Source: an uncultured Candidatus Saccharibacteria bacterium (lineage in GTDB: Bacteria; Patescibacteriota; Minisyncoccia; Phycocordibacterales; UBA918). Taken from it: 64,000 bases of DNA. Below the pieces are notes generated by a model. That model made no database searches, was not told the DNA's origin, and saw only the letters and a program-made list of their open reading frames with translations. The stretch lies in assembly GCA_964552045.1 (NCBI GenBank), contig CAZKFF010000004.1, positions 20,368-84,367 of the forward strand, in the 5' to 3' direction. Position 1 is the stretch's first letter; each line of letters opens with the position of its first letter. The position numbers and the translations under genes are program-made. Positions 49,719-58,886 of the stretch are shown in pieces.

Positions 49719-50942
49719 TCAGACAATGAGCGCGCCGCTGGTGATAAGCATGTGCATGTAATAGAGCATGCCAATAATGGCAAGAAGTCCTGCGCCGTAC
49801 GCAATCTGGACCGGCTGCTGATATCGCACCTCAATGAAGATCGACAGCAAAAGCGACGCGAGCACAAAGCATCCTATGGTGATGTAGATGATCTCGAGGA
49901 CCACATGCGGCTGGGTGGCGAGCTTCAGGTAGAACGGAACCTGCGCTTCGTTTGGATGCGCCTCTTGTGCAACAGGCGCTGCAATCGCATTGGTCGAGGT
50001 CGAAATATGGTCTGAGTAGAGTACGACACCGTAGGCGTCGCTCGTCATATCTGTGATGATAACCGGTGCATGTTCCTGTCTTGGCACAGTATTCTCTGCG
50101 GATGCAGGTATTTCTTCATTCTGTGCAGTTTTCTCTGCAACAGAAGTCCCCTCTTCAACCGGGGCTGTTTCTTCCACAGCCGGAGCAGATTCCTCACCTG
50201 CAGGGACAGTCTCTTCAGCGACCGCAACCGGCACCGGCTCCGCTTCATGTACTACCACCTCTTCGGTAAGCGACACAGACTCGGCAGCGACCTCCTGCAA
50301 CGCTTCGTTCGTCACAGGAACTGATGGCGCCTGTGCTACAGCAATCGGAGCTGCCGGCTCCGGGACATGTGCTGCAACTGCAGCCGGCGTACCAAAAAGC
50401 TGCACCACATAGACAGTCGGATAGCCCTGATATGTGCCTTCTGCGGTACCCACGCCTATCTCAGAGTAATTGCCGTTCATGATATTGGCGCGATGGCTCG
50501 GCGACTCCATCCACGCGTCGACCACATCGCCCGAGTCAGTAAAGTGAATAGCGAGATTCTCGCCTGCGTGCACGAAATTATATGAGACTTCTCCGAACCA
50601 GTGCCAGGGAGAGACACCGTCGGGACTGTAGTGTGCAAAGTATTCGTGCGCTGCCATATCCTCTGCCTTCAAGCGCGCAGCCTCGTCGAGTACGCTGCTG
50701 CGGCGCAGCGTACCGAGTGCGCCCTCTGCGCGCTCCTCATTGGTCAGATCAACAATGACCGCCGGAAGAATGGTCGATATCATCCACTGCGAACTGATCC
50801 AAATGAGCGAATGCACATTCGCCATGGTGAAGGACAGCATGACCATGATCGCCATGCCGAATAGTGCGGCTTTCTGGAGGATATGTGGCGCGTAACCGTT
50901 CGTTCTGCTGGGGATGAAGTATTCTTTGAGGTTTTTCTTCAT
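49719..50942 (-). CDS. CAP/SCP (PR-1-like, YkwD-type) domain protein. N-terminal TM, Ala/Pro/Glu-rich linker and two C-terminal TM helices.
   Basis: CAP core EAARLKAEDMAAHEYFAHYSPDGVSPWHWFGEVSYNFVHAGENLAIHF...AWMESPSHRANIMNGNYSEIGVG. The track ORF extends to 51038, but that would run through a terminator. The probable start is MKKNLKEYF at 50942. Confidence 0.7.
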   Translation of the reverse strand: MKKNLKEYFIPSRTNGYAPHILQKAALFGMAIMVMLSFTMANVHSLIWISSQWMISTILPAVIVDLTNEERAEGALGTLRRSSVLDEAARLKAEDMAAHEYFAHYSPDGVSPWHWFGEVSYNFVHAGENLAIHFTDSGDVVDAWMESPSHRANIMNGNYSEIGVGTAEGTYQGYPTVYVVQLFGTPAAVAAHVPEPAAPIAVAQAPSVPVTNEALQEVAAESVSLTEEVVVHEAEPVPVAVAEETVPAGEESAPAVEETAPVEEGTSVAEKTAQNEEIPASAENTVPRQEHAPVIITDMTSDAYGVVLYSDHISTSTNAIAAPVAQEAHPNEAQVPFYLKLATQPHVVLEIIYITIGCFVLASLLLSIFIEVRYQQPVQIAYGAGLLAIIGMLYYMHMLITSGALIV

Positions 50943-51002
50943 GTGCCTACAGTATAGCAAATGCCCAAACCGGACCGTGCCAGCTTCTGCGTATATACCA
51001 AA

Positions 51003-51031
51003 AAGCCCCGCAGTATGCGGGGCTTTTTGGT
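51003..51031 (-). terminator. Strong rho-independent terminator (aaaaagccccgcagtatgcggggctttttgg) downstream of 51044..52978.
   Basis: 8-bp GC stem, 3-nt loop, with T-runs on both strands. Confidence 0.6.
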
Positions 51032-51043
51032 ATTGCATTCTCT

Positions 51044-52978
51044 TTACTGAGCGTTGAGCGCATCAAGCTGTGCCTGAAGTGCTGCAACCTGTGCAAGCAG
51101 ATCAGCGATCTTCAGTGCGAGAGGGTCTGCAACCACCGGTTCGGTATTGAGCTGTGAGCGTGTGAGCGGACCAACGAATCCTGTTGCCGGGATCCCGTGC
51201 GCCGCCTGGTACTGCGTGAGTGCAGCGAATGTGAGCGGACCGAAGAATCCAGTCGGAGCATCGATATCAAGATATCCTGCCGCGATAAGAATGGTCTGGA
51301 GGTTCGTCACATCGGTATTCTCTGTACCCATGCCGAAATCAACAAGGAATGAGTAATACACTACTGGGGTTGAGGTTGCTTCACCGAGCACCTGTCCTTC
51401 AGGAGTCTCTGTTTCTTCTTCCCCAGTCTCCTCTTCTTCCGCTTCCTCATCGTCAGTGAGCGAAACACGGCTTCCGTTTCCGCCTCCTCCGCCGCCGTTT
51501 GATGGTGTCGGGGTCGGCTGATTAAGTGATGAATCAAGTACCACATTGTCAAAGAGGAAACCTTTGCCTGCAAGCTCTGCATGATTATCAGACGATCCGT
51601 TGCCTCGAGCCTGGATGATCATTCCACGAATAACCTGAGGAACATGGTTTGTCACTTCACCGCTTATATCAGTCCAATAATAATTCTCCCAGCTTGTGCC
51701 TGTGTGGACGTTTGATCCGTCAATATACACATGCACGATGTCATTCGACATTCCGTCCACTACATCTAGGGTAATCTTGATTGTGTGCTCTTCAGTCCGT
51801 GACAAAGTGGCAATATCTGTTTCATCCCAAGTTATTGGGGTTGTCGTTGACGGGACGTCATCGAAGAATACATGGATCCCATCAGATTGATCCTCAAAAC
51901 GAAGATAGCTCATTCGTCCGCCATTTCCATTGTCAGGCGCTACAGAGACCTGCAGTCCTGATTGTTCGTCTGGCTGTACGGTCGCAATATTGAACTCCAC
52001 TTCAAAGTGATCATCCAATGCATCCACGCTAGAACTCGCTTCACCAACTCCTTCTGGAAGCAGTGGAGTGAAGATCCAGTCACCAAACGAACCGCTGGTT
52101 ACAGCGTTGGACACACGTAGTGATTGGCAGCCGAATGAATCAAAACCATAGATATTGCTTACTACTTCCTGATCATATGGACCAGTTGCACTCCAATCCC
52201 CCTGTCCATTCACCGATCCTGTTGTAAAGGTGTCGAAAGTTGAGGTGTCACATGCAGGCAGCGGCTCCGGATCGAAGTCTGTAACTACAATGCCGTCTGT
52301 TCTAGTTACCACAACATTATCGAGGTAACCGCTTACTCCTGTGTCTGAATCCGTAGTATCACCCACATTAATGGCGATAACTCGAATGGTGGCACCAGTG
52401 CTTGATGCTGTATCCATATCTGCTGGAACAGCAGGACAAGCCTCGGGCGATGTTCCGTGAGTAGCCACCGTATATGCCTGTGAAGGATCGAATGTCACCG
52501 TTGTGAAGTTTGCTGAAGAACCTGTTGTTGGTATTACATTGTACCGACAATCATAAAACTTAGTCGGACTTGACGTTCCAAAGTTTGCATAGACACTCAT
52601 ATAGAACTGCCCTGCATCTGCTTCATCAAGCGTCAGGAAATCGTATGAGATGCTTTGGATATTAGCAATCGGTGCAAGAAGGAAATCCTCTGCAATGAAC
52701 TTATCCTTACCTCCATTTGCTGAAGTATTTGTGATTGCTGGGACAAATAAGCTCCCGTCACCTATACTCTTCTGGTCAAAGTTGAATTCAAATGGTGATT
52801 GTGTCTCTGTATCACGATTGAATAGCCATCCAGTCTGGTTTTCACCGGCTGAAGTATCCGCTGAAACCACTTCTGTTGCTGCAAAAGCTTGGGTGCTAAT
52901 AAAAAGAAACGCTGCAGCCGCAAAAAGCGCTGAAGCGAAGAAACGCGCCAAAACACGCGATGAATTGGTTGTCGTCAT
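51044..52978 (-). CDS. Secreted protein with a large N-terminal beta-rich domain, a Gly-rich/acidic linker, a peptidoglycan-binding domain (PG_binding_1-like) and a C-terminal coiled coil.
   Basis: 644 aa. Signal peptide (…FISTQAFAATEV). PG-binding signature VTNLQTILIAAGYLDIDAPTGFFGPLTFAALTQYQAAHGIPATGFVGPLTRSQL. Terminal heptads ALKIADLLAQVAALQAQLDALNAQ. Confidence 0.65.
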   Translation of the reverse strand: MTTTNSSRVLARFFASALFAAAAFLFISTQAFAATEVVSADTSAGENQTGWLFNRDTETQSPFEFNFDQKSIGDGSLFVPAITNTSANGGKDKFIAEDFLLAPIANIQSISYDFLTLDEADAGQFYMSVYANFGTSSPTKFYDCRYNVIPTTGSSANFTTVTFDPSQAYTVATHGTSPEACPAVPADMDTASSTGATIRVIAINVGDTTDSDTGVSGYLDNVVVTRTDGIVVTDFDPEPLPACDTSTFDTFTTGSVNGQGDWSATGPYDQEVVSNIYGFDSFGCQSLRVSNAVTSGSFGDWIFTPLLPEGVGEASSSVDALDDHFEVEFNIATVQPDEQSGLQVSVAPDNGNGGRMSYLRFEDQSDGIHVFFDDVPSTTTPITWDETDIATLSRTEEHTIKITLDVVDGMSNDIVHVYIDGSNVHTGTSWENYYWTDISGEVTNHVPQVIRGMIIQARGNGSSDNHAELAGKGFLFDNVVLDSSLNQPTPTPSNGGGGGGNGSRVSLTDDEEAEEEETGEEETETPEGQVLGEATSTPVVYYSFLVDFGMGTENTDVTNLQTILIAAGYLDIDAPTGFFGPLTFAALTQYQAAHGIPATGFVGPLTRSQLNTEPVVADPLALKIADLLAQVAALQAQLDALNAQ

Positions 52979-53049
52979 AAATAAAACTGGTTATTTATAA
53001 GGCTTATAAAGCTCAACTAAGCCGAACAGTACTCTCATTGACGAGTTTG

Positions 53050-53709
53050 TCAAGAAGTTTTTTGAGCTGGTTCCTTGAGCTTCGCATAGACAACAAGATT
53101 GTGGGAATATCGCTGTGTCCCGTGGTTGTATGTACCGGTACAGGTGATGAGGCGCAGGGATGGGTAATCAGTGCGTTCGTACACCTCTTCGGCCGGGAAT
53201 GCGTCCTGATCGTACATCTCCGTGTGTGTCACTTCGAATACGGCTGTGGTCCCGTCCTCACGCTCTATCTCGATTGCATCCCCCTCTTTCACATACTGCA
53301 GTGGCCAGAACACCGCAGGGCCGAGGTATGAGTCGACGTGACCCAGAACAGTAGCAGTCCCCACTTCACCCGGAGTTGCACCATGCACATACCACCCCAC
53401 GTTCGTGTAAGTATCAGGCACCTCAATCGTATGATCCTCATTGAGTCCGAGCGGCCCTTCGAAATCGGCTTCCAGCTTGATCCGCGGGATGCTCAGATGC
53501 ACAGGAGCTGAACGGGCATACAGTCCTGTAGAAGTCGCGCTCTGCGTATATGCTTCAGATAATGCTGTGTCTGAAGGCGTATACCGATAATAGAACAGCG
53601 CGGCATTTCCTACCGCCAGTCCCAAAAGCACGCCGAACACGCATGCACCACACAGCCTTACCAGTCTGTGTTTGTCAGTGAATAAAAGTGAGCGGGGAGT
53701 CCCTTCCAT
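53050..53709 (-). CDS. Sortase (class E/F-like transpeptidase).
   Basis: 219 aa. N-terminal TM anchor. Catalytic His in LGHVDSY, Cys in the TLxTC-type motif LRLITCTG, and a downstream conserved Arg (TQRYSHNLVVYA). Confidence 0.8.
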   Translation of the reverse strand: MEGTPRSLLFTDKHRLVRLCGACVFGVLLGLAVGNAALFYYRYTPSDTALSEAYTQSATSTGLYARSAPVHLSIPRIKLEADFEGPLGLNEDHTIEVPDTYTNVGWYVHGATPGEVGTATVLGHVDSYLGPAVFWPLQYVKEGDAIEIEREDGTTAVFEVTHTEMYDQDAFPAEEVYERTDYPSLRLITCTGTYNHGTQRYSHNLVVYAKLKEPAQKTS

Positions 53710-53780
53710 GAAAATAAGGTGGTTACTGTAGCACGCACACGTGAAGACCGGATGAATTGCTCACACGGGCCGCTTTTTTG

Positions 53781-54920
53781 CTACGAACCCTGATTCCGTG
53801 TGTTTTTTCGCCCTGAAAAGAGTGCTCCCGCCTGAAGATCGAACATGCTTCGAGAAGCACCGCCTTTTCCGGTGCCCGGAGCCCCCTGTGGAATGTCTGT
53901 CGACTCGCCGAGAACCTGTGGAGCTGGCGCACCGGTCTGATCATCGTCATCATCGCCATCTCCTCCTCCGTCGCGGAGCTCTATCCTTCGGCCATTGCCA
54001 TCGCTATACGACCCTTGCGAATATCCGCCTGCGCCGTATGAGCCCTGCGCGTAATTGCCTCCATACGAGCCTTGTGCGTAATTGCCGCCGTATGAGCCCT
54101 GCGTGTAGTAGCCCGACTGTGAATATCCAGGATTGTACGAACCCTGCGTGTAGTATGAGCTTTGCGAGTATACCGGCTGCGTGATCCATGTATTGGTAAT
54201 GGTGCAAGTCTCGCTTCCGCCCTGGTTGATGGTTCCTTCACAGCCTGAAGAGTAGGTCGTCGTGTACGCTGCATATGTATCTTCCTCCACTTTGTAGTCC
54301 CCCGAAGCGAGCGTGATATCATCATTGACCCCATCAGCGTCGAACGGCCCATCAAACTGGAGCAGATTTCCCTGGGTGACCATGAACTCAAAGTCCTCCG
54401 GCGGGGTTGTCGTCCCCACCACTTCCTTTATCACAGTGAGATTCCCCGGCCGCCACTGGTTATCCGCCCGGCAGACATTCGCTGTCTGGTCGTCTGTCAC
54501 CGTAAGCGTTGAAGCTGCTATCGGTCCGTTGTAATTATCGCAGCCGAAACCAGACCACTGCACGGTCCATTCGCCCGCGACGAAATCATTCGGGCCGTCT
54601 TCCGATATGGTGTAATCACCCATGGGCAGATTGATGATCTTGTTGGCTGTGTCATTGGTGAAATGGTCCAAAGACACTGTTCGATTGACCGGCGTTCCGC
54701 TTGCGGAGGTTCCCACAATGGTGAATGTAAACTGGTCTGCCGTATAGGGATCAGGCACCCGATTGTCGCTGATGTTCTTTTCCAGGCTTACCGGATAGAC
54801 CGGTTCCGCCACCTGCGCCTGTGCAACGTGGGCAAAAACAACCGCAAATACGAATGATGTGCATACTCCGGCAACAAATGCTGCAATACGGCGCTGTTTC
54901 GATGTGAGATTGATGATCAT
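53781..54920 (-). CDS. Pilin/adhesin-like sortase substrate: signal peptide, two prealbumin-like/Cna-type beta-sandwich modules with paired Cys, a Tyr/Gln/Gly/Ser-rich repeat tract (YSQSGYYTQGSY, GNYAQGSY x n), an acidic Gly/Asp tract, and a C-terminal ...QVLGESTDIPQGAPGTG motif with a weak hydrophobic tail.
   Basis: 379 aa. Its C-terminal region aligns with that of 60709..62022 (APxxQVLGE.T....GAP.TG.GGAS), but the hydrophobic anchor is short or degenerate. Lies immediately upstream of the sortase. Confidence 0.55.
   Translation of the reverse strand: MIINLTSKQRRIAAFVAGVCTSFVFAVVFAHVAQAQVAEPVYPVSLEKNISDNRVPDPYTADQFTFTIVGTSASGTPVNRTVSLDHFTNDTANKIINLPMGDYTISEDGPNDFVAGEWTVQWSGFGCDNYNGPIAASTLTVTDDQTANVCRADNQWRPGNLTVIKEVVGTTTPPEDFEFMVTQGNLLQFDGPFDADGVNDDITLASGDYKVEEDTYAAYTTTYSSGCEGTINQGGSETCTITNTWITQPVYSQSSYYTQGSYNPGYSQSGYYTQGSYGGNYAQGSYGGNYAQGSYGAGGYSQGSYSDGNGRRIELRDGGGDGDDDDDQTGAPAPQVLGESTDIPQGAPGTGKGGASRSMFDLQAGALFSGRKNTRNQGS
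54003..54185 (-). repeat. Tandem ~24-bp repeats encoding (G)NYAQGSY / SGYYTQGSY Tyr-rich units inside 53781..54920.
   Basis: Recurring DNA units ccgtatgagccctgcgcgtaattgcc / ccatacgagccttgtgcgtaattgcc seen directly at ~54040-54130. Confidence 0.55.
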
Positions 54921-54964
54921 ATGCTTTTAATAGTTACATTTTTATAAGCGTCTTGAAGCCTTCC

Positions 54965-57900
54965 CTACCGGAAGAATCCGAAGACATTCTTCACGAACCC
55001 GACGACGCCTCCCTCCTGCTTTGGTTTTTCAGGCTCGGGCACCTGCGGTGCGGTCTGCGGTGGTGGAGGTGTTGTAACCGCAGGCGCTACAGGAGGCTTC
55101 GGCGCAGGCGGCACATACGCAGCGGCAGCAGGCGCAACCGCTGTAGTTGCTGCGCCTGCAACCTGCGAGACCGGATTGGTCGGGAACGCCAATGTCAGGC
55201 GCGGTACGTATGCCGGCACGGTAAATGTGTACTCACGGCTGGTGGCGATGTACTTGCTTGTCTGCGCATGGATGCGATACGCATGCGTACGGCCTGGATA
55301 CAGATCATTGATGATCATTGCGTGCTTGGTCTTCTCTGTCGGGAATTTGAAACTTGCATGCTGGTATCCATAATTTGCCACGTTTGGATTGTATGGAGAA
55401 ACCGGCTGCGCCGTGCCGTAGAAGACTTGGCTCTGCGACGGCTTGGAAGTTTCCCATCCAAGGAGCGCTGAAGTCATGCCGTGGAGTCCCGGGAAATATG
55501 CGAGCACAACCACGTTGCCGATCGCCAGGTCTAGCCCTTTGATCTGTATGGTGTACTCTGCATCCTCAACCTTCAGCGGATCGTCACCATTCTCCTTCAT
55601 GCTGTCTTCGAGGTAGGCAACTACCCGCGCCGTATTGGTGTACTTTCCGCTCGGAGTGGTCGGGTCATATTCAGTGGTGTACGTGAGCTCAATCTCTTCG
55701 CCCGGGAGAATGGTGCCGAGCTCCCACGACTGCTGTGTGACCACCGATCCGATCGGGTTGGTGAGCACATCAAACACCTCCGCATCGTACGCATTGCCGC
55801 CTTTGTTGGTGACGGTGATCTTGTAGTCAACACTGTCGCCTGCGGTCACTATCTCGTCTTCGTCAATATTCTCTGCCTCTTTGGTGATGATAAGGAGCGG
55901 CGCTTTGTTCGGATCGATGGCTTCCACCTCCTCGCGGTCGATCTTTTTCTTCTTTGAAGAGCTGCCGCCGCATACGCCGCATACGCCGCTGCTGTACGAG
56001 CCCTGCGCATAATAACCGCTCTGGGAATATGTCGGTGTCGTCGTGCTGTTGTTCTCCTCGTCATCAGACGGCGTGGTCGTTCCGGTTGTCGTTCCCGTAT
56101 CACTGTCTGGATCTGGATTCTCAGCTGTTGCACTGAGCATAAGGAGATTGTCGGAGAAATGCATGTCTCCCTGATCGCTCGATACGGTCGCGTATGCGGT
56201 CACCGGCGTTGAAGTTCCTTCTGCGATATTGTCGTCAACGTATGCGGTGAACGATACCTCTGTGCTTGCTCCCGGAGCGAGATCACCGATCGAATCGCTT
56301 TGCGTGGTCACGCCGGTGCTTGTGTGTGCGTTCTGGAGCGTCTGGTCGAGCACGATATTGGTCGCGGTACTGTTGCTGTGGTTCGTGACTGTATACGCGT
56401 AGGTGAGAACTCCGCCCGGACCAAGCGGGTCTGCGGGAGTCACCGTACCTGCAAGCGCGATATCGGTCGGGGCAAAGGAGATATTACCTTCAAAATCACC
56501 GAGAATGTTGACGATGGCCATCGTCCAGTTGGTGCCAATCACATTCGTATTGGCGATGTTCATCACGTTTGCGCTCGCAAACGCGTCTCCGGTACGGATG
56601 CTTCCCACAAGCCCGTCTATGTCATTCTCTCCTGACACCGCATTGAGCGTGATGTTGTTCTCAAGCGCAACGGTATTATTGTTGGTGAAATTGGCAGTAT
56701 AGGAATCCTGGTCGTATCCCAGGAACGCCGACGGTGCGATCTCCGCATCGACGTTGTAGATGATAATGCCGTCAGGCGTCCAGTCCCAGGTGAGACCTTC
56801 GGGCAGTCCGACCACCTCGCCGTTCCAGTAGCCGTGAATACGGATAAGAAGATACAGGGAATCCCCGCCGTAAGTGTTCTCATTGATCTTATTGAGCACA
56901 TTCGATTCAGATTCGCCTTCGCCAGTTACGATGCTCGAATCAAAATCGGTTGTGGAATCGTTATTTCCCGTTTGTGCGTATGCCTCAAGCTGATTGTCAA
57001 CATCGGCATCATTGAGGTTGTCTGCGTTCACATGGACGTCCTCAGGGCGTTCCACCTGGTTGGTGCCGTTCGGCCGGCTGAAGAATGTGTCGAACAACTC
57101 GCCTGTCGGCAGTACGAGGTCACCGTCGAGGTCACCAATGGCATTGTAGGTCAAGAGACGGTAATTGGAGTCGATGATATTGCTGTTGACCACATTGAGC
57201 ACATTCGCTGCTGCATACGCGTCCCCCGTTACGATCTCGACGCCTAAGCCTCCGTCTGCATCATTGTAGCCGGTTTCCGCTTCCACAAGCGCGCTGTTGG
57301 TGATGGTCGCATGATTCATCTGAGAGACGTTGTAGATCACATCCTCTGAGGTACATGACAAAAGCGAACAGGTGTCAGACATCGCCTCCTCGAGCGCCAC
57401 ATCCGGGAAGAACGTATCGGTGAGGTTCAATGATTCCCCATCTTCGAGTATCCGGTTTGCCAGATAGATGAAACCGTCGGAGTTAATGACGTTGGAGTTG
57501 ACGACATTTGCGATATTAAATGCGGCCACCGCGTCTCCGGTGTGAATCTTTGCTGTGGTATTGCCCTGGGCCAGGTTGTCGCCGGATGTGGCACGCGCAA
57601 GGCCATCATTGGTCACTACTGCGTCATTGGTGCCGGTTGCAGTGAAGGTGTAGGTGTCGTAATCGGATTGATTGACGTCTTCAAGTTCGCTCCGCACATC
57701 GTTTGAATTCGCATCGGTTGAAAGTTCGCCCTGAGCGGTTGCGATCCCGGTTTCTATATACGTATTGGTCTGCCCCGTCTTAAAGACATCGCCGGTGTTC
57801 TCCTCTTCTTCAGGAGTGTCAGTATCTCCCAGAAGCTCGTCGGAGATGACCGTAACAGGAGTCACCTCATCATCCGGCGTTGCACCTGCGGTGCCTTCCC

Positions 57901-58351
57901 CGCCTTCGCTTCCATCAAGACCGTCTGTACCAGTATCGCCTTCATCCCCCTGGCTTGGCGTTGTGCTTGCGGTTGAGGTCGCCGTGGTTGTAGCCGTTTG
58001 GCCATTCTCTGTGCCGCCAGCGCCATCTGTGCCATCCGCTCCATCGCCGTCGCCGCCCTGTGTACCATCGTCTGTTGAGCTCGCAGTTCCGCCGTCTTGG
58101 GGAGTAGAGGTCGCTGTTGTCGAAGCAGTCTGATCGGTGGATGACGCGGATGTCTGCGGCGATGATGTTGCCTGAGTTCCTCCGCCCGCGCCGTTGTCGG
58201 TCGAGCTCGCCTGTGTCTGACCGCCCGTTCCCTCGGGAACATCCTCCGCGAACACACTGACCGGGATGAGCGACAATAGTATGGAAACGATGATCAGCAC
58301 CGCCATGAAACGGTGCGGTCCCTCCATCACCCTAGAATAATACGCTGACAT
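54965..58351 (-). CDS. Large secreted surface protein (1,128 aa): Gly/Thr/Asp-rich N-terminal tract, four copies of a TGDA.A.ANV.NVVNSN.I repeat, DUF11-like (conserved repeat domain) modules, a Tyr-rich YSQSGYYAQGSY tract, a Lys-rich segment and a Pro/Ala-rich C-terminus.
   Basis: Signal peptide (…IPVSVFAEDV). DUF11-like blocks GGVLTYAYTVTNHSNSTATNIVLDQTL...APGASTEVSFTAYV and ...DYKITVTNKGGNAYDAEVFDVL... The real start is probably an internal Met (MAVLIIV...), which would remove the 20-nt overlap with 58332..58802. Confidence 0.6.
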   Translation of the reverse strand: MSAYYSRVMEGPHRFMAVLIIVSILLSLIPVSVFAEDVPEGTGGQTQASSTDNGAGGGTQATSSPQTSASSTDQTASTTATSTPQDGGTASSTDDGTQGGDGDGADGTDGAGGTENGQTATTTATSTASTTPSQGDEGDTGTDGLDGSEGGEGTAGATPDDEVTPVTVISDELLGDTDTPEEEENTGDVFKTGQTNTYIETGIATAQGELSTDANSNDVRSELEDVNQSDYDTYTFTATGTNDAVVTNDGLARATSGDNLAQGNTTAKIHTGDAVAAFNIANVVNSNVINSDGFIYLANRILEDGESLNLTDTFFPDVALEEAMSDTCSLLSCTSEDVIYNVSQMNHATITNSALVEAETGYNDADGGLGVEIVTGDAYAAANVLNVVNSNIIDSNYRLLTYNAIGDLDGDLVLPTGELFDTFFSRPNGTNQVERPEDVHVNADNLNDADVDNQLEAYAQTGNNDSTTDFDSSIVTGEGESESNVLNKINENTYGGDSLYLLIRIHGYWNGEVVGLPEGLTWDWTPDGIIIYNVDAEIAPSAFLGYDQDSYTANFTNNNTVALENNITLNAVSGENDIDGLVGSIRTGDAFASANVMNIANTNVIGTNWTMAIVNILGDFEGNISFAPTDIALAGTVTPADPLGPGGVLTYAYTVTNHSNSTATNIVLDQTLQNAHTSTGVTTQSDSIGDLAPGASTEVSFTAYVDDNIAEGTSTPVTAYATVSSDQGDMHFSDNLLMLSATAENPDPDSDTGTTTGTTTPSDDEENNSTTTPTYSQSGYYAQGSYSSGVCGVCGGSSSKKKKIDREEVEAIDPNKAPLLIITKEAENIDEDEIVTAGDSVDYKITVTNKGGNAYDAEVFDVLTNPIGSVVTQQSWELGTILPGEEIELTYTTEYDPTTPSGKYTNTARVVAYLEDSMKENGDDPLKVEDAEYTIQIKGLDLAIGNVVVLAYFPGLHGMTSALLGWETSKPSQSQVFYGTAQPVSPYNPNVANYGYQHASFKFPTEKTKHAMIINDLYPGRTHAYRIHAQTSKYIATSREYTFTVPAYVPRLTLAFPTNPVSQVAGAATTAVAPAAAAYVPPAPKPPVAPAVTTPPPPQTAPQVPEPEKPKQEGGVVGFVKNVFGFFR

Positions 58352-58802
58352 ACTTTACTAACATTAACTGCAATGAAAAAAGTGCTTCCTGGAGTGCCAA
58401 CAGCGCACTCTGATCTGAAGCGGTACTGCTTGAGCTTGCTGAGGCGGCTTTCACCTCTACTGTAGAACTGGTCGCAAAACCAAATGACGGCGCGGTCTTT
58501 TGGGCAGAGATGACTTCCTGACCGTTGTTCATGGTCGATTCGATGCGGACCGAAGCGCCGCTGTCCCTATCGACATTGATTACGCTTCTTCCTGAAACGC
58601 CCGGAGCGCCATCCTGACCATCTTTGCCATCTTCACCGTCTTTCCCGTCGGTGGTTATCCCGCCGGTTTGCTGGCTTGAATACACCACATTGGTGACGAA
58701 TGGCACAGTTTGCGCCTGTGCATATGCTGTCGCAACTGTACTAGAAACAGCAGTGATTGCAAGAAATGCGAATATTCGGTTGTATAGCCCCTTCATAGTC
58801 AT
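58332..58802 (-). CDS. Small secreted protein with a short collagen-like Gly-X-Y tract (GKDGEDGKDGQDGAPGVSG).
   Basis: 156 aa. Signal peptide (…ATAYAQAQTV). Seven consecutive G-X-Y triplets. Confidence 0.4.
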   Translation of the reverse strand: MTMKGLYNRIFAFLAITAVSSTVATAYAQAQTVPFVTNVVYSSQQTGGITTDGKDGEDGKDGQDGAPGVSGRSVINVDRDSGASVRIESTMNNGQEVISAQKTAPSFGFATSSTVEVKAASASSSSTASDQSALLALQEALFSLQLMLVKYVSVLF

Positions 58803-58886
58803 ATCCCTCTATAAAGCCGGAAGTGCTTCTGGCTTTAAGAGAGGGCCTCTCTGCATGAAGCAGAGAGGAACCCTCACCAGGTCGAA

